Shown piece by piece: positions 62,256 through 64,000 of a stretch of DNA of 64,000 nt. A model generated the notes under the pieces. It was not told the origin of the DNA and did no database searches. It saw nothing but the letters and a program-made list of their open reading frames with translations. How positions within the stretch are numbered: the first letter of the stretch is position 1; every line of letters starts with the position of its first letter. The DNA is from Flaccisagitta enflata (taxonomy: Eukaryota). The stretch is from contig OZ231126.1 of the NCBI GenBank assembly GCA_965153355.1, positions 22,320,001-22,384,000 of the forward strand, written 5' to 3'. The position numbers and the translations under genes were made by a program.

Positions 62256-63398
62256 GTCCAAAGCTACGTCGCCTCCGAAATCGACCCCAACGCCATCCGT
62301 TGCAGTCGTCGCAACTTCCCTCAAGTCGTTCGTCAAGTCGGCGATGTTCGCGAATTGAACGAGTCCCGCCTCCGCAAGTTTGGTCCTTTCGATTTGGTGG
62401 TCGGCGGATCTCCTTGTAACGACTTCAGTCGCGCCAATCCCAACAGAGAAGGATTTGCCGGCAAAAACGGGAAACTCTTCTTCGAGTACGCGAGAATTTT
62501 GAACATTTGCCGCGTTTTGCACGAAGAAGAGGCGCAACAAAAAGAAGCGAATCGCGAAACGGCCGTCGACGGATGCCGGACGGAGTCTTCAAAGGTGGAA
62601 TCGACTGCCAATTGCGCCGGCCTTGGCGAGAGTGGCAACTGTGCTGCATCTTCAATCAAATCAGCCACGCCTTCTTCCCTCCAATCATCATCTACTCCCT
62701 CCTTTAATCCATCTTCAACTTCCTCAACTTCAACTTCCTCATCTTCCTCAACTTCAATTTCCTCATCTTCAACATCCTCCTCATCTTCAATTGCCTCATC
62801 GTCAACTTCAACTTCAACCACCTTCTCTTCTTCTTCCTCTTCAAACCTCATTCCCGCATCCACTCTCACGCCATCTGTCGAGTATCCTTTCTTTTGGTTC
62901 TTTGAAAATGTTCAGATGGATCACGAGGATCGGCAGACGATTTCCTTTACTCTTGGATGCGAGCCTTTGCCTTTAGACGCCATTCATTTAAGTCCAATGA
63001 GAAGAAAGCGTCTCTTTTGGTCCAACATCCCTCTACCTTACGAAGTGCTGCGTCCGGAACCGGATGCTCAACTGCGTCTTCAAGACGTCCTCGAAGTAGG
63101 TCGTCGGGCCAGAGTCGTCAAAATTCGCTGCATCACCACGAAAACTAACAGTTTCTATCAAGGATTCAGCAAATCGCCGCAACATCCCGTCGATGACGCG
63201 GATGGAAAACCGGATGTGTTGACGATGAAGGAGGTGGAGAGATGCTTTGGGTTTCCGGATGATTACACCAAAGTCGCGTCGACTTCAATTGACGTCAGAC
63301 GACATTTGCTGGGAATGTCGTGGTCAATTCCATGCGTCAAATTTCTCTTTAGCGCTCTTAAAGATTATTTTTCAGAGTCAAACAAGGAGAAAAAATGA
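62256..63398 (+). CDS. DNMT3: DNMT3-family methyltransferase, exon 3 (catalytic domain)
   Basis: Acceptor CCTGCAAG|, VQSYVASEID, VGDVR, GPFDLVVGGSPCNDFS (catalytic Cys), LFFEY, PFFWFFENV, RKRLFWSN, KIRCITTKTNS, EVERCFGFP, LLGMSWSIP...LKDYF; colinear with the DNMT3A C-terminus. Confidence 0.97.
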   Translation, partial: VQSYVASEIDPNAIRCSRRNFPQVVRQVGDVRELNESRLRKFGPFDLVVGGSPCNDFSRANPNREGFAGKNGKLFFEYARILNICRVLHEEEAQQKEANRETAVDGCRTESSKVESTANCAGLGESGNCAASSIKSATPSSLQSSSTPSFNPSSTSSTSTSSSSSTSISSSSTSSSSSIASSSTSTSTTFSSSSSSNLIPASTLTPSVEYPFFWFFENVQMDHEDRQTISFTLGCEPLPLDAIHLSPMRRKRLFWSNIPLPYEVLRPEPDAQLRLQDVLEVGRRARVVKIRCITTKTNSFYQGFSKSPQHPVDDADGKPDVLTMKEVERCFGFPDDYTKVASTSIDVRRHLLGMSWSIPCVKFLFSALKDYFSESNKEKK

Positions 63399-64000
63399 TA
63401 ACTAGGTACACGACTATCTTGGTCTCTACCCCTGTCACTTTCACGTCTGTGTGGACGAGGTCAGCGATGTAAGAGCTGCTCAATTGCCTTTTTACGCATG
63501 GATGGACGGGTGGACGCACAAACAGACAGACGGAAGGATGAATATAACAAGGCCGGATACACGGCTACCGAAGTCGCATGCGGGTGGGCAGGGCCCATAT
63601 TTGAGGTCACTAGACCATTTGGGCAGGAGCAGTGAGGTAAAAAGAATAAAATCATAAAAAAAGTAATGTGTGACCGACCAACCAACCAACCGACCGACCA
63701 ACCAACCGACGGACAAAGCGGGTTGTAGAGTCGCGTGCACGCGATTAAAAACGACAAAAACCGATCAAGTCTTTGACTGATGAGCGGCATATTTAGTCAC
63801 ATATATCGAGATTTATTTCATCTTTTTCAACAATTAATTTATTCTAATATTGTTTTTTTTTTCTTCATAATTTATTGATGAAATAGTTTGGGAGTGAGGT
63901 TAATGCTCCTTCGCCTGTTGCAACTTTATGCTATTTGTAAACACATTTGGCTTTAATTTTATTGATTGTTGTAGTTATGGTTTGGTAGTGTCTTTTGATT

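Overview
Eukaryotic (invertebrate-type animal) genomic DNA, very rich in microsatellites and transposons. I saw no rRNA, tRNA or CRISPR array, and most entries in the ORF track are simple-repeat artefacts. Main content: (1) a three-exon DNMT3-family cytosine methyltransferase gene (+, 54631-63398, about 2040 aa) with intact catalytic motifs. Its ~1630-aa N-terminus shows no recognisable PWWP or ADD domain; instead it carries ~14 copies of an amphipathic helix motif matching the AKAP/DPY30 D/D-docking pattern, several SUMO-interacting-motif-like strings and a CxVxL motif. This is the most interesting candidate system. (2) A phase-consistent multi-exon gene of unknown function (+, 20878-~36060) with a 4x 'SIYxRLFDHL' repeat. 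(3) A near full-length, frameshifted Jockey/I-group LINE (-, ~44700-50014) with a CpG-depleted ORF2, preceded by an apparently spliced, CpG-rich unknown ORF. (4) A BEL/Pao integrase remnant and a Tc1 remnant. (5) Many DINE-1/HINE-like (Helentron-derived) short elements, plus hAT and Tc1/mariner MITEs with identifiable TSDs, nested up to three deep. All coordinates, alignments and counts were read by eye.
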